The translations under genes and the position numbers were made by a program. A stretch of 63,643 bases of DNA, filler included, from Globobulimina sp. (taxonomy: Eukaryota): the NCBI GenBank assembly GCA_003354225.1. It is 23 parts of 23 records of this genome, joined end to end, with 100 filler letters (N's around TTAATTAATTAA, not from the genome) between each part and the next. Parts side by side here need not be neighbours in the genome. Positions count along the whole stretch, not along the records: positions 11,097 to 13,769 come from PIVH01005420.1; positions 13,870 to 16,542 come from PIVH01005421.1; positions 16,643 to 19,314 come from PIVH01005422.1; positions 19,415 to 22,086 come from PIVH01005423.1; positions 22,187 to 24,858 come from PIVH01005424.1; 18 more parts are not named here. The stretch is one strand, 5' to 3'. Positions 11,505-23,275 of this stretch are shown here, piece after piece (the first letter of the stretch is position 1; every line of letters starts with the position of its first letter). The notes beneath the pieces were generated by a model. That model was given only the letters and a program-made list of their open reading frames with translations. It was not told the origin of the DNA and did no database searches.

Positions 11505-12263
11505 TCAAATAATTAAGTGCAAATTATCATTAAAACTCATGCCATTTATTTGACAATCAATGATTTGCATAGTTTGTCCGGCAGATTTCAATGACAAGGC
11601 TGGTACAATAGTTTGTGTTTTCAGTCCTAACTCAATCACTACCTTATCATTGTGCGAAAAAATGCAATTCATCGCATCAAAGTCAAATGCAAACGCATAT
11701 AGATCGCCAATGTTAAAGCCACCTTTTGATATATATCCATCAATGCATTTGTTATCATTTACATCATCATGACACCAGAATGTTCCATCGGGAGCATAAC
11801 AAAATATGCTCACTATATGTTTTCGAGCTTCATTCCTAAATTTAGAGCCAAAATACGTATTCCACTCTTTAATATTATCATAAACTAACTCCGACGATAA
11901 ATATCCAACATTAAAAGACTGTGCATAACAATTACTTTTTGCTGCTGTACTGACCAAAGAATATGTTATTTTAAATGTGTCACACATTTTATTTGTTATT
12001 GCCTTTTCACCAAATACACATATTCCCCAACAATCAGCCTTGTTTTGCACAGTTCTGTCATCAATAAATTGCAAACTATCACCATGTTTATTGGTATTGA
12101 ACCTAAATGGATTCTCATAATAAAATAAGAAAATAAGATGATTCAAAGAGGATGGTATTATTTTATCAACTGATAATTTACGAGATTCCTGTCGTATATA
12201 TCCATCTATGGCATATATAATCCTTTTATCAATGAATTGAAGTTTCTCCTTTGAAAGTGACAT
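11505..12263 (-). CDS. Hypothetical protein with SPRY/concanavalin-like C-terminal domain
   Basis: N-terminal IDGYIR..IIPSSLNHLIFLFY motif; C-terminal GDLYAFAFDFDAMNCIFSHND..IVPALSL is SPRY-like. Confidence 0.6.
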   Translation of the reverse strand: MSLSKEKLQFIDKRIIYAIDGYIRQESRKLSVDKIIPSSLNHLIFLFYYENPFRFNTNKHGDSLQFIDDRTVQNKADCWGICVFGEKAITNKMCDTFKITYSLVSTAAKSNCYAQSFNVGYLSSELVYDNIKEWNTYFGSKFRNEARKHIVSIFCYAPDGTFWCHDDVNDNKCIDGYISKGGFNIGDLYAFAFDFDAMNCIFSHNDKVVIELGLKTQTIVPALSLKSAGQTMQIIDCQINGMSFNDNLHLII

Positions 12264-12313
12264 TATTAGGTGACCTTTTCGACAAAAATCTTACTAGCAC
12301 TTTTAAAGATAAA

Positions 12314-13769
12314 ATGGATGCTTCCACAACGTACCTAAACGATATTTTTTCTCATTCAGTTACTGATGGAAGTAATCGTTTGCAGTATAACGAGGTTTTA
12401 GCATTATTTGCATCCCACAATCTTACAAAAAGTGACAAACAAAAAATATTACAACTATTCGACGCAAATAATGATGGTTATATTGATAAGAATGAGTTCC
12501 ATCATTTATTTACAAATTTAAATTGCCACTCTACAGATGATCTAATCAGAAAATCATATTTATACATAATTTTCAATCAAATAAATGTGGGAAACACTTC
12601 ATTGGATATAAAGAAATGGAAACAATTATTTGCAGAAGAAAATGTTGCGATGTCTGAATCGGAATTGTCACATTTAATCGACATAATTGATACAAATAAA
12701 GACGGAAATATTGATTTTTTCGAGTTTGAGCGTGCGTTCCATGACATTCTCAGTGTCGAGGACTTGATACAGAAATCGAGATTGTACGTTATATTCAATA
12801 ATATTGATACAAACAGTGGAGGCAGTTTAGAGTTTAACGAAATCAAAGAATTATTTCAAAGTGAACGCATAAATATGAATGATGACACATTAAAGCGTAT
12901 GATATCAACCATTGATAAAAACAATGATGGCCTGATCAGTTTCTCTGAGTTTGAAGCAGCATTCGATTGCGTTCAATCTATTCAAGAACTAGTAACAAAA
13001 TGGACTTCTTTGAGTGGAATAGACATTGGAACTGACTTATCATTTACTTCCGGTTTGGCACAAAACAAAGATTCCACCCATTCCAACTTCCCATTGTTGC
13101 CATTTATTGCTGGTGGATGTGGCGGCATTCTCTCCCGGACTGCAACAGCTCCATTGGAGAGAATAAAGATTTTAGCTCAAGTCGGTGCGACCACGTCCAT
13201 CAAAAACACATTCAAAACAATTGTGACAAACGAAGGTTTCTTTAAGGGGCTATGGAAAGGTAATTTTTATAATGTTTTGAGAGTGTTTCCGTTTGGAGGC
13301 ATCGTGTGTTTGTCGTACGGTGCAATGATGGAACAGATTAATAGATTGGATTTCAAATTTGATGATAAGATGCTAAATGTTTTTAGATTTGGTGCTGGAG
13401 TTATTGCCGGCGGCACTGCCACGACATTGACATATCCGTTGGATTTAATACGGACACAAGTTACTGTCTCGATTGGTAATAATAGGAATATAATGGAATA
13501 CAAACAATCTCTCAAGTCTTTGGATGGGATAACCAGTTTATACCGAGGTTTGTGGCCAACTTTATTCGCAATGAGTATTTTTGTTGGCTTACAACAATCG
13601 AGCTATGATTTTATGAGATTGTATGCGACATCGCCGGAATGTTTGAATATGAAACCTTCTATAAATTTGTCTGTAGGATGCAGTCTTTGTGCAGGTGTAT
13701 TGTCGCAAATTGCTGCTAAACCATTCGATGTAGTGAGGAGAAGCGTGCAAATAAAGAACACTGTGGTTA
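12314..13769 (+). CDS. Ca2+-binding mitochondrial carrier (SCaMC/ATP-Mg:Pi carrier-like), 3' partial
   Basis: EF-hands (DANNDGYIDKNEF, DTNKDGNIDFFEF, DKNNDGLISFSEF) followed by SLC25 repeats TAPLERIK, TYPLDLIR and KPFDVVR. Confidence 0.9.
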
Positions 13770-13871
13770 NNNNNNNNNNNNNNNNNNNNNNNNNNNNNNN
13801 NNNNNNNNNNNNNTTAATTAATTAANNNNNNNNNNNNNNNNNNNNNNNNNNNNNNNNNNNNNNNNNNNNAT

Positions 13872-15293
13872 AATAATTATAATGAAGAGAAACAAGAATT
13901 TCATTTGCAAAGAATCCAAAATATTTTACCTATAATAAAACACAAGAAATGGGACAGTAAAATGAATACAAAGTTATGTTTTAATACGAATCTTTGCAAA
14001 AAAGATATTTTATGGAATAATAATTTTGGAATTGGTGTCTTGTCCGAACGAGCGGTAAACAGAAATTACAGAAATATGCGCTCCGCGGATTATGAGATCT
14101 ATCCTTATTTTTTAAATAATCAGAATGAATGGATTGTGTTCTATAAAGACATATATTTTTCAACAATTTATAAAGATTATATTGTTCAACGCGATGTATA
14201 TCGCCGTAGGCACCGTAGGGATATTGTTGATAATTCATATCGTTTAACACAAAATATTATTGATGCCATTATTATAATCAATAATAAATATGGTCATATT
14301 TCTTTATTTTGTACAAAATCTGGCATTTTTATGACTGATCCACGCATTAAATATTATGATATTAAAAAGCAGTGGAAGTCAGATATTGGAGATAAGAAAA
14401 AAGAAATTATAGACACAAAAGTATCAAATGCAATCATGCATAAAATTGATATGTTTTTAGATAAGGAAATTGTGAAATTATTCAGTTGTACTAACGGGAA
14501 TATCTATGCTTTATATAATAATGGTATTTTATATGAATTATATTGGAATGATGATAATATAAATGTTGATAAAAAAGAACTAAATAAAATTATTAAACAT
14601 ATTGATGATAAGCAACCAAATTATAAATTTGAGCGAGGACATAATAACAAAAACGTTGGTGCATTGTTGGAGGATAATGATCCGCAAAAGGCAGAGATTG
14701 CAAATTTTATAACTGATAAATTTGAAGAAAAATGTAATGAGGAAATCAGAAAATATAATTTAATAAAAATTAAAAAATATTTGCAATTTGAATTAAACAA
14801 TAACAGTATTGGAAATTTTTTAATTTATGGTATTTATTTCGATGAAGAAATGAATATTTTATATTTATGTCAACAAAAGAAATCTGATATTTCGGATTGG
14901 AATTTAATGGTTTTAGCACCAGATAAGAATAATAAATTATATTCGGAATACAATTCTAAATGTAAGAGATTTATGGAAACAAACAGTTATTTACAAAATG
15001 AAGTGTGTTATATTATGTTTGTCGATGAAACGGATGTAAATAATAAACAAATTATAATTATTTTAAATCAACACATTATTAACATACCATTGTTGACAAA
15101 GAATAACATCAAAGATAAACAATGCAAAATATACAATTTGACCAAAGTGATACCGGATTTGTTTAAATCAAAAGCATGCAAATGGTTTTATTCGTATTCA
15201 AAGAAATCATTGTATTTATTTGAAAAAATAGCGAGTTCCTCTGAATTTTCCTATCGTTTTAAAAGAATAACCATACAAACTTTCAGATTTTAA
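13872..15293 (+). CDS. Hypothetical protein, 5' partial
   Basis: Open from the contig start for over 470 codons, very AT-rich; no recognised motif. Confidence 0.6.
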   Translation, partial: NNYNEEKQEFHLQRIQNILPIIKHKKWDSKMNTKLCFNTNLCKKDILWNNNFGIGVLSERAVNRNYRNMRSADYEIYPYFLNNQNEWIVFYKDIYFSTIYKDYIVQRDVYRRRHRRDIVDNSYRLTQNIIDAIIIINNKYGHISLFCTKSGIFMTDPRIKYYDIKKQWKSDIGDKKKEIIDTKVSNAIMHKIDMFLDKEIVKLFSCTNGNIYALYNNGILYELYWNDDNINVDKKELNKIIKHIDDKQPNYKFERGHNNKNVGALLEDNDPQKAEIANFITDKFEEKCNEEIRKYNLIKIKKYLQFELNNNSIGNFLIYGIYFDEEMNILYLCQQKKSDISDWNLMVLAPDKNNKLYSEYNSKCKRFMETNSYLQNEVCYIMFVDETDVNNKQIIIILNQHIINIPLLTKNNIKDKQCKIYNLTKVIPDLFKSKACKWFYSYSKKSLYLFEKIASSSEFSYRFKRITIQTFRF

Positions 15294-15334
15294 TTAAATA
15301 AAACAAAACTAACATTTAATAGTAACATATGCGT

Positions 15335-15934
15335 TTATTTTATTTGATTGATAATATCTTTGTATGCCAGTGCCTCGTTTGTCATTTCTTCCATTGTTTG
15401 GATTTTTCTTTTATGCTCATTTTCAACGCCAATTGGTTCAACATACGACGATGCCTCTTTTTCCAATTCAATGTATATATCATCATTTCGATGATAATCC
15501 TTTGGATATCGGGGTATAACATGAATATGAACATGGTCTATTGTCTGCCCTGCATATTTACCATCCTGTATTGCAAATGTGATTGATTTTGCCTGGTATT
15601 TCTGCTCCAAAACACCAGACATTTGTTGCGCTAAATACCATAAATCACCCAATTCATCAAAGGTCAACGATGATACTCTTGAGACAACACGTTTTGGCAT
15701 AATCAAGATGTGCCCCTTTGTAATCGGCTTTAAATTAACAGACGCAAATGATAACAATGTATGTCCGATGATCACATTCTTATTCAAAAGAATATGTCCA
15801 AATTTATATCCAGCTACGCTTATATTTGTTGCTATCGACCGTGCCATTTTGTTGTCCTTTTCCTCCTCAATGGATGATAGCAAATTGTCTATTTTATGAT
15901 ACACAGATTCTGTTTGCACACATTGCGTTTCCAT
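15335..15934 (-). CDS. FHIT: Bis(5'-adenosyl)-triphosphatase (FHIT family HIT hydrolase)
   Basis: VNLKPITKGHILIMPKR, AIQDGKYAGQTIDHVHIHVIPR (histidine triad), RNDDIY, TMEEMTNEA. Confidence 0.92.
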   Translation of the reverse strand: METQCVQTESVYHKIDNLLSSIEEEKDNKMARSIATNISVAGYKFGHILLNKNVIIGHTLLSFASVNLKPITKGHILIMPKRVVSRVSSLTFDELGDLWYLAQQMSGVLEQKYQAKSITFAIQDGKYAGQTIDHVHIHVIPRYPKDYHRNDDIYIELEKEASSYVEPIGVENEHKRKIQTMEEMTNEALAYKDIINQIK

Positions 15935-16075
15935 CAAGTTTTCAAAAATAATTAAATTTAAACAAATCAAATAAATAGATCGAGGCAAAAAATTAACAAT
16001 GTAATGTCTGTGCAAGGATAAATAAACAAATACAAAAAAAAACACAAAGCTAATATATAGTTTCTTTAATTTAGA

Positions 16076-16542
16076 TTACTGATCAAATTCGTTATTAATA
16101 ATAGAATGTCTGCACTCGGGACAGGTGTCATGATTTGAGTTAAACCATTGATTAACACACATGTCGTGAAAAAAATGAATACAAGGCAAGGTTTTAACAG
16201 TTTCATTTTCTTTATATTGTTCATGACAAATCAAACATTTTTTATTTTGATTTATCTCAATTTGAGTGATACTGCGCGTCGGTAACCGATTGGCAACGCA
16301 ATTAATATGCGATACGTTTGATATATTTAAGATATTTTGTATGTTATCATTTGCAATGTTAAATCTATCAAACTGATTAATCAAATCCATATTATTGTCG
16401 TTATTTAAAAATTGCAACAAAAACGATTCAAATGGAATTAATGAACTAATCGATTCGGATACGTCAAAGTCCAACAAATTCCCCTCAACGCTGCCACCGC
16501 TGTCTACATCGACGCCGCTGTCCACATCCACATCGACATCGA
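16076..16542 (-). CDS. RING-H2 E3 ligase, 5' partial
   Basis: CLICHEQY..KTLPCIHFFHDMCVNQWF..TCPECR. Confidence 0.9.
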
Positions 16543-16642
16543 NNNNNNNNNNNNNNNNNNNNNNNNNNNNNNNNNNNNNNNNNNNNTTAATTAATTAANN
16601 NNNNNNNNNNNNNNNNNNNNNNNNNNNNNNNNNNNNNNNNNN

Positions 16643-17035
16643 ATTGCTGATTAACTCATTCATATTCATGCAAAGACTCTTATCCTTCACTGACAGCCAT
16701 ATCCCATACAAATATAATATGAAATGAATGCGGTCGATACAAGCTTCAATTCCATTGTCCGCCAATTGCAAATCAAATAAATTGCCTTTCTTTGCCCCAA
16801 CGATGGCCAACAAATCAAAGGGTTTAATAAATTCACTGTATCTCTGCACTGCTTTCTCTTTCTCTTTCTTTCCATATTTGACAGTCAGCCACTCGCCATT
16901 TGCATTATTATTATTATTATTATTATGATATATTTTGGCAATTATACCCAATACAAATGTCCTTTCTACCTCGCAATAAACTAAACACTCGGAGCCAATG
17001 TCCCAGTTTAATCTGTCTGTGATGTCATGCTCCAA
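16643..17035 (-). CDS. Hypothetical protein with SH3/Tudor-like motif, partial
   Basis: WDIGSECLVYC..GIIAKI..EWLTVKY..KAVQRYSEFIKP beta-barrel-like pattern. Confidence 0.5.
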
Positions 17036-17335
17036 AACATCTGCCGCGATTTCCTTAGAATTTAAAATTAATTATATATTTTTATTTAATTTGCGTGTGT
17101 TGCAAATGGGATCAATTGATCATAGAACTAACTTGTGATTTTATTTCAGCCATATTGGCTTTCAAATATACTCTAATTAGCCAAGCAACGTTGTTGCTAT
17201 ATGGCTAAAGCTAGGTATAATTTCAAAAAAAAAAACTTTAAAATCTGAGATAGCAACTATTAATTAACATTTTCAATTCATGAGAAAGAATAACAATTCA
17301 TGAAAAACAAAATATGTCTTATATAAATAATATAA

Positions 17336-18252
17336 TTATGTTGAATTTGTATGATAATTATTGGTTACGTCCCAAGCATGAACATAAGTTGCCGGATAAT
17401 CCCATTCCATGATAAAATGTGTGATATTATTAGTTGGAGCATAGCTCGATGCAAATATACTATTATTTGTATTCCCTGCTATTTGGCCATTTGTCTTTTC
17501 CGGATAAAACCACGTTTGGTTCATCACAGCAACAGCAACACCATTTTGCCACGCATTGGTAAAGGACCAACAGCCATTACCATCATATATTTCTATCCAA
17601 TTATATGATTGCAATGCATAGGGCTCGAACAATTTATCCATTGTGGTGTCCCAACCTGTCATAAAAACACAATCATAATAAAAGCAAAAACAACATACTC
17701 GATCACTAAACAACTCTGCTCGGAATGCCAATGGATCTCAATATTGCTGTCATGAATATTGAGTACCCGCTACAACTCGAATATTGATACGATAATACTT
17801 CAAATGGTGACATTACCATTGGTTCTTCATTCGAGACAAATTGAAATGATTTGTTAAAGATTGAATTAATATTATTTTTTATCCACAATGCTACATCACT
17901 GCGATTGTTGAATCGGTCGATATTGTCATTAATTACAGGAAGTACTGCATTGTAGAAATATTTTCTTGAATTATCTCTTGCTTCTGATAATGTGACATAT
18001 GGCAACACGTATCCTTTAAATACATCCCATGGGATATCTGAAGTATATTTTTTGAATGGCTCGACATTTGCACGTGTTAACAGAGAATAAATAATGGTTT
18101 CGTTTAACACAGGATTTGGAATATTCCCTACATCTCTTTCAGGCATATTCTCAACTAAGAAACTCCAACATTCGTCGTATTCTGTTTGGTTTTGAGAGCA
18201 TAGAACTGGAATAAGCAACGCTAGAAACAAAGTGCGTAGGTTGAAGTAGCAT
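17336..18252 (-). pseudogene. Secreted transglutaminase-like protein with two apparent frameshifts (intron 17656-17711)
   Basis: YSSCSGYSIFMTAILRSIGIPSRV|VGTPQW..CNH/NWIEIYDG. The signal peptide is out of frame with the ATG by one extra T near 18230, and two extra bases near 17604 split NH-NW. Confidence 0.7.
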
Positions 18253-18305
18253 TGTTGTCAAAGGAATATAAAATTAAAAACTTTTAAATACTCTTCTTCA
18301 AAACT

Positions 18306-19314
18306 TTAAGAACAACACAACCGACATTTAGATTGGTTTGCATTTGCATCCTCATCGTCATCCTCTTGTTCCTCACTGACCAAATGCAAAAATACTTGTT
18401 CCAATGTATTCTGACTGACTGAATATTGAATAATTTGATATTTTTGTTTGACATTTTCTATGGCTTCAAATACTTTTCCGAGTGGAATATCATTCTCATT
18501 TCCAATGATTGAAAACCTTAAACTAACATTGCGATCCTCCATCAATTTAATATGTGCACCGCACTCACTCTCCAATTGCAACACATATTGTTTCAACTCA
18601 TTCTTTCTTTCAATGTGCAAATTGTCCTTTAACTTGACATATAATTCATAACCGTCTCCATATTTGGTTTTAAGATGTTGTGCGGTGCCAAGACACTGCA
18701 AATTGCCCCGATCCATAATACCAATCCGATCACACAAATTCTCTGCTTCTTCCATGCTGTGCGACGTCAATAAAACACACCGTTTTTGGATCAGCATCTC
18801 GTTTCTGGTCACATTATGAATAAAATCCCACATAAAACGACGAGAAATCGGATCAATTCCAGTCGACGGCTCGTCCAATAAAACAATGCACGGATTCCCA
18901 ATTAATGCAATTCCAACACATAATTTCCTCCGATTGCCACCTGAATATTTATTGACGGCTCCATCCGCGAATTCATTCAAATTGAGACAATCAATAATGA
19001 TGGAAACAAATGTTTTTGTGTCTGGCCTATCAAACCCACAAAGACGGCAATATAATTCCAAATGTTCTCTCCCGGTCAGCAGCTCAATTAAGCCATCATT
19101 TTGTGCACAATATCCACAATTTGCCCGCCTAAACAGTTTGTCATCGCAAATGTTGATTGAATGCAAATATGCGGTGCCGGAGCTGGCAAATAATTCTCTT
19201 GTTAGCATTTTAATTGTGGTGCTTTTGCCGGCTCCGTTTGAGCCTAAAAACGCAAATATTTCACCTTCGCCAACGGAAAAATATAAATCATTCACGGCGG
19301 TGTTTGGCACATTA
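18306..19314 (-). CDS. ABCA-subfamily transporter, C-terminal NBD, 5' partial
   Basis: GSNGAGKST, LTGREHLELYCRL, YSGGNRRKL, LLDEPSTGIDP, LTSHSMEEAENLCDRIGIM, TLEQVFL. Confidence 0.93.
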
Positions 19315-19668
19315 NNNNNNNNNNNNNNNNNNNNNNNNNNNNNNNNNNNNNNNNNNNNTTAATTAATTAANNNNNNNNNNNNNNNNNNNNNNNNNNNNNN
19401 NNNNNNNNNNNNNNCTATAAATACATGTAATTTATTGGTTCATTGGCTAATGAATACCATGCACGGATTGCACTTTATTTCTGCCACTGTCACTTTCAGT
19501 AATCAGGAATGATCAATGTGTTCCAAATCAACGTGGTTGTGCTTCAACATTTGTTTCAGTGCGCCAACTTGCTTCATTGTGACCATCAACTAGTTTAGTA
19601 CTTCAGCAGAAAAAAAATAATCCGAAAAATTAAAAAAACATTTTTTTGTTTGATATCTTGGATTAATT

Positions 19669-21363
19669 TTATGTTGGTTTACAACCACAACCACAAACAA
19701 AATCACTCCAAAATTCCCAACCAAATGGACATGCAATCCTTATCCTTTGACACGTCAAAACATCCCCTAAAAATGAATATCCTTCAGCAACACAGTCAGG
19801 TAAATTAATATCACATCTATGTTGACACTCTGCCAAACTAACGAAATTATTCCCATTTCCTCCACATCCGCCATACGTAAATTCCTCACAATTACCACTT
19901 TCTCCATTATAATAATATTTAATAAATGCAGCGTCACACGGACCAATTTCCTTTGCTAACAAACAAATATCAATATCACCATCACAGTCTTCAATCACAT
20001 CCCCTGCGGAATCAACAAAATATTCACTACAGCCACCACAAGCAGAAAACACACATTCCGCATCAGGATAAGCAGCACAAGTTGGTGCAAATTCATCATT
20101 GCAATAATCACGCCTTGGACAAGGTGCATAAAATGAACATTCATTACCGATCGGATCATAACACCGCCCATTTGATGCACATATATCATCATTTGGCGGT
20201 TTACATTTCTTCAAACATTCCCGATATAATTTCTGTGATTTTTTGTCAATTGACTTCCAGCCACAACTTCCTTTATTATCCACTCGCCCACATTGTTGAT
20301 AATGTAAGCATCCATATTCACATTTCCATCCACAATCTGAAGCCTGAATATCAGCGGCACAGATTTCTTTTGAGCAACCACTAATTTTACAATCCATAGA
20401 GCTTGCACAATATCCGTAGCCTGCACCCATACAATCATCAAATAGACATCGAGAGCAATCTTTCAATTCACAGTTTTTATCTAAACGAGCATTTAACGGA
20501 ATACATGTTTCATAATTATCGGTTGGTTTGTTACATATTAATCCTTTGCCGCAATCTTTATCGGTTGTGCTGTTTATTACAATTTCATTTTTTTGCATAA
20601 TTTACAGATAGTGCACAGACCATAATTGGTAATCATAGGAACACTTGCTTTTAGGTGCTTGTTTAATAAATTTTAAATAATTAAACGTATCCTGTTGATG
20701 AAGAACATTTGCATCACAAGCAATGGCATTGATACATCCAACACCTTCTTCCCAGAAAGGATATTGTTTTGGACAGGCACATTTCGAATTATTTTCTGCC
20801 TTTTCCAGCGATTTTAAAAATCTTGAATCGCATGTTGCAAATCCTGGAGCTTGGCTGAATCGCATGTTTAAATTATTTGTTTAACATATTTTGTTAATGT
20901 GGATGGATATTTGTTAATTAAAACGTTAGTCTGTAGGAGATCGAATTGGATCTAACTGTTACTAATGTTTTGATTAACAACGGTTAATATAACATACAAT
21001 GTGTCATATCGTAACCAGAATGAACCCTTTTGACATTTTCTACAAACTGGTGTCCCGGCCGCAAAACATGCTCCTTTTTGAATAGTATCGGTGGGCTGTA
21101 TTGAAAATTTGAAAAGAGTTTTTACATATAATGAGACACACTTTCTGTGCATACTACAGTTCCGGATTTACTATTTTGACAGCTACACTCATTGCAACCA
21201 TCATTATAATCCTTTAAATAATATTTGTGATGGTAATATTTTTACACATTGACATATGCAAATAACTTACCAAGCATTTTGGCGTTCCGCATGTTAATTC
21301 ATAAGGGATAGATGCTAATATTGACGTGCTGATAAAACTAAAGACGCATAATAACGGAAGCAT
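19669..21363 (-). CDS. Secreted Cys-rich mosaic protein with a Kunitz/BPTI domain; 5' half frameshifted (possible pseudogene)
   Basis: Signal peptide MLPLLCVFSFISTSILA; intron 21212-21270; DGCNECSC module; intact 3' ORF 19669-20598 with Kunitz CLLAKEIGPCDAAFIKYYYNGESGNCEEFTYGGCGGNGNNFVSLAECQHRC. Confidence 0.75.
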
Positions 21364-21454
21364 GATCGATCTTTGTTTTATTTTCGGAATTGTTGGGAGT
21401 AGTATTTTTCGCCAGGATGGTTTTTCAGTGAATCTTGATGCTAAAGACCCAATC

Positions 21455-22086
21455 ATGTCAGCTGTGTTTCCTATATTACTATTGTTTATGGTAAGCTTCG
21501 ATGCTATAGAATTGGAATTTGAATGTGGACAGCATGCATCTATTCCAATTACCAACAGCTATAACATGAGTTCGTTAATGTTCAGATCATATTTAGATAC
21601 AACCCCAGTGATTATCAACAGTGATATTTCACACCGGTATGAAAATGCTGATTTTTTTACCATTAAAAATTTATATGTAAAGTATGGGCAAAGCGCATTC
21701 GAATATGGCTCCTCCACTGATTTGGCAATGATTTCCCGAGATAACATTGCTGAAATCACATTGAAACAATATTTAAAAAAAAGCAAATATCGGCACGATT
21801 CAATATTTGATCCATATTTCATTTCTGATAATATCGACATGATTGGTTTAAAATCACTGAATGTTTTCCATAAACTATATGGCAACAAAGCAGATTCTTC
21901 AAACACTGATTATACATTCATTTTAGGCAAAATTGGTTCCGGACTTTCATGGCAATCAAATGGCAATATGTGGTTACAGCAAATCAGTGGCAAAACGAAG
22001 ATATTTTTATATCCACCTAGTTATTCTCCCATCGGTGGTGCTTTGGATTGGAATGGTTACTCTTCACAGCAATGGAATGATTATAT
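21455..22086 (+). CDS. Secreted JmjC/cupin protein (JMJD8-like), 3' partial
   Basis: Signal peptide, PVII, ITLKQYL, FILGKIGSGLSWQSNG..WLQQISGKTKIFLYPP. Confidence 0.7.
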
Positions 22087-22186
22087 NNNNNNNNNNNNNN
22101 NNNNNNNNNNNNNNNNNNNNNNNNNNNNNNTTAATTAATTAANNNNNNNNNNNNNNNNNNNNNNNNNNNNNNNNNNNNNNNNNNNN

Positions 22187-22273
22187 GAATATGTTTATCA
22201 TTGTATGAATGAAATAAATTCTGCCCATTCGCAAGGATATGATTTGTGCCTCAAATGTGCTCAAAAACAGTAA
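22187..22273 (+). CDS. C-terminal end of a ZZ-like zinc-finger protein
   Basis: EYVYHCMNEINSAHSQGYDLCLKCAQKQ followed by a stop. Confidence 0.5.
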   Translation, partial: EYVYHCMNEINSAHSQGYDLCLKCAQKQ

Positions 22274-22505
22274 TGATTTTTTTTTTATTCTTTTATTTGT
22301 TTAATTTTTTTCTGTATCAATGAGTGTTTTATTTGTATCTGCTAATTTATGGAACATCGAAACAATTTTTAAATATCAGAAGAAGATGAACTGCAAAAAC
22401 AGAAATCCGATAACTTGAAAGCTAAGAGACTCGACGGGAAAGTTGGTTATGATTGGAATGAAATGAAGAAAGTAAACAAGAAATGTAATTGAATAAAGTT
22501 TAATG

Positions 22506-23030
22506 TCAATTTGGTAATGTTTTTATAAATTTTTTAGTGTTGCTACAACCACAAACTTGGACAACACAAATAAAGACACTAATAATTAGATAGCAAATTA
22601 GATTACAACTAATTATTAGGAACTTTTCTTCTGCGCCATCATGAAATGCCCAAAATACCCATAAATAAACAAAACCGACACATGGTACAGTTGTAATAAT
22701 GCAGACGATGTTAAATATTTGGTAAAATGACTTATTTCTTGAACATACAGCAATTACACCCAAAACTGCTGATATTGCACTAAATATTGAAGTTAACAGA
22801 GATAAAAAATAGACGACTTTGGGTCCAAACTCGTTACGTTGTTTTGTAAAACTAGCAATACATGTCGCAAATACAAACAATAATACTTTCCAAATCACAG
22901 TTAATTTTACACCATTAATAAGTGATAAACATCCGCAACATTTTCTATTATCACCATTTTGGTTTGTTTTTGACATTTGATCTTGCTTTGCTTTGTTTAT
23001 CTTGCTTTTGATATCAATTCTGCCCTCCAT
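22506..23030 (-). CDS. Small 4-TM membrane protein
   Basis: KCCGCLSLINGV followed by four hydrophobic segments. Confidence 0.65.
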   Translation of the reverse strand: MEGRIDIKSKINKAKQDQMSKTNQNGDNRKCCGCLSLINGVKLTVIWKVLLFVFATCIASFTKQRNEFGPKVVYFLSLLTSIFSAISAVLGVIAVCSRNKSFYQIFNIVCIITTVPCVGFVYLWVFWAFHDGAEEKFLIISCNLICYLIISVFICVVQVCGCSNTKKFIKTLPN

Positions 23031-23275
23031 AGACTTCTGCTTAATTGCTAATTGTATACAATGGAATCACCGATTCTCCGAACTGCGAAATTCCGAAAAA
23101 CAAATAAGTTTTTTTCTGGCCTTGGAACAGCTGCAAAACATGTTGTACTTTTGGGAAAAATCTATATTTTCATTATGATAAAATTCAACATCATATCTCC
23201 TGTGATTCAGCAACTATTTACTTGAGGTTTCTTTCATTTTATTTCTAGCGCATTGTTTTTTTTTTAATTTGAATC

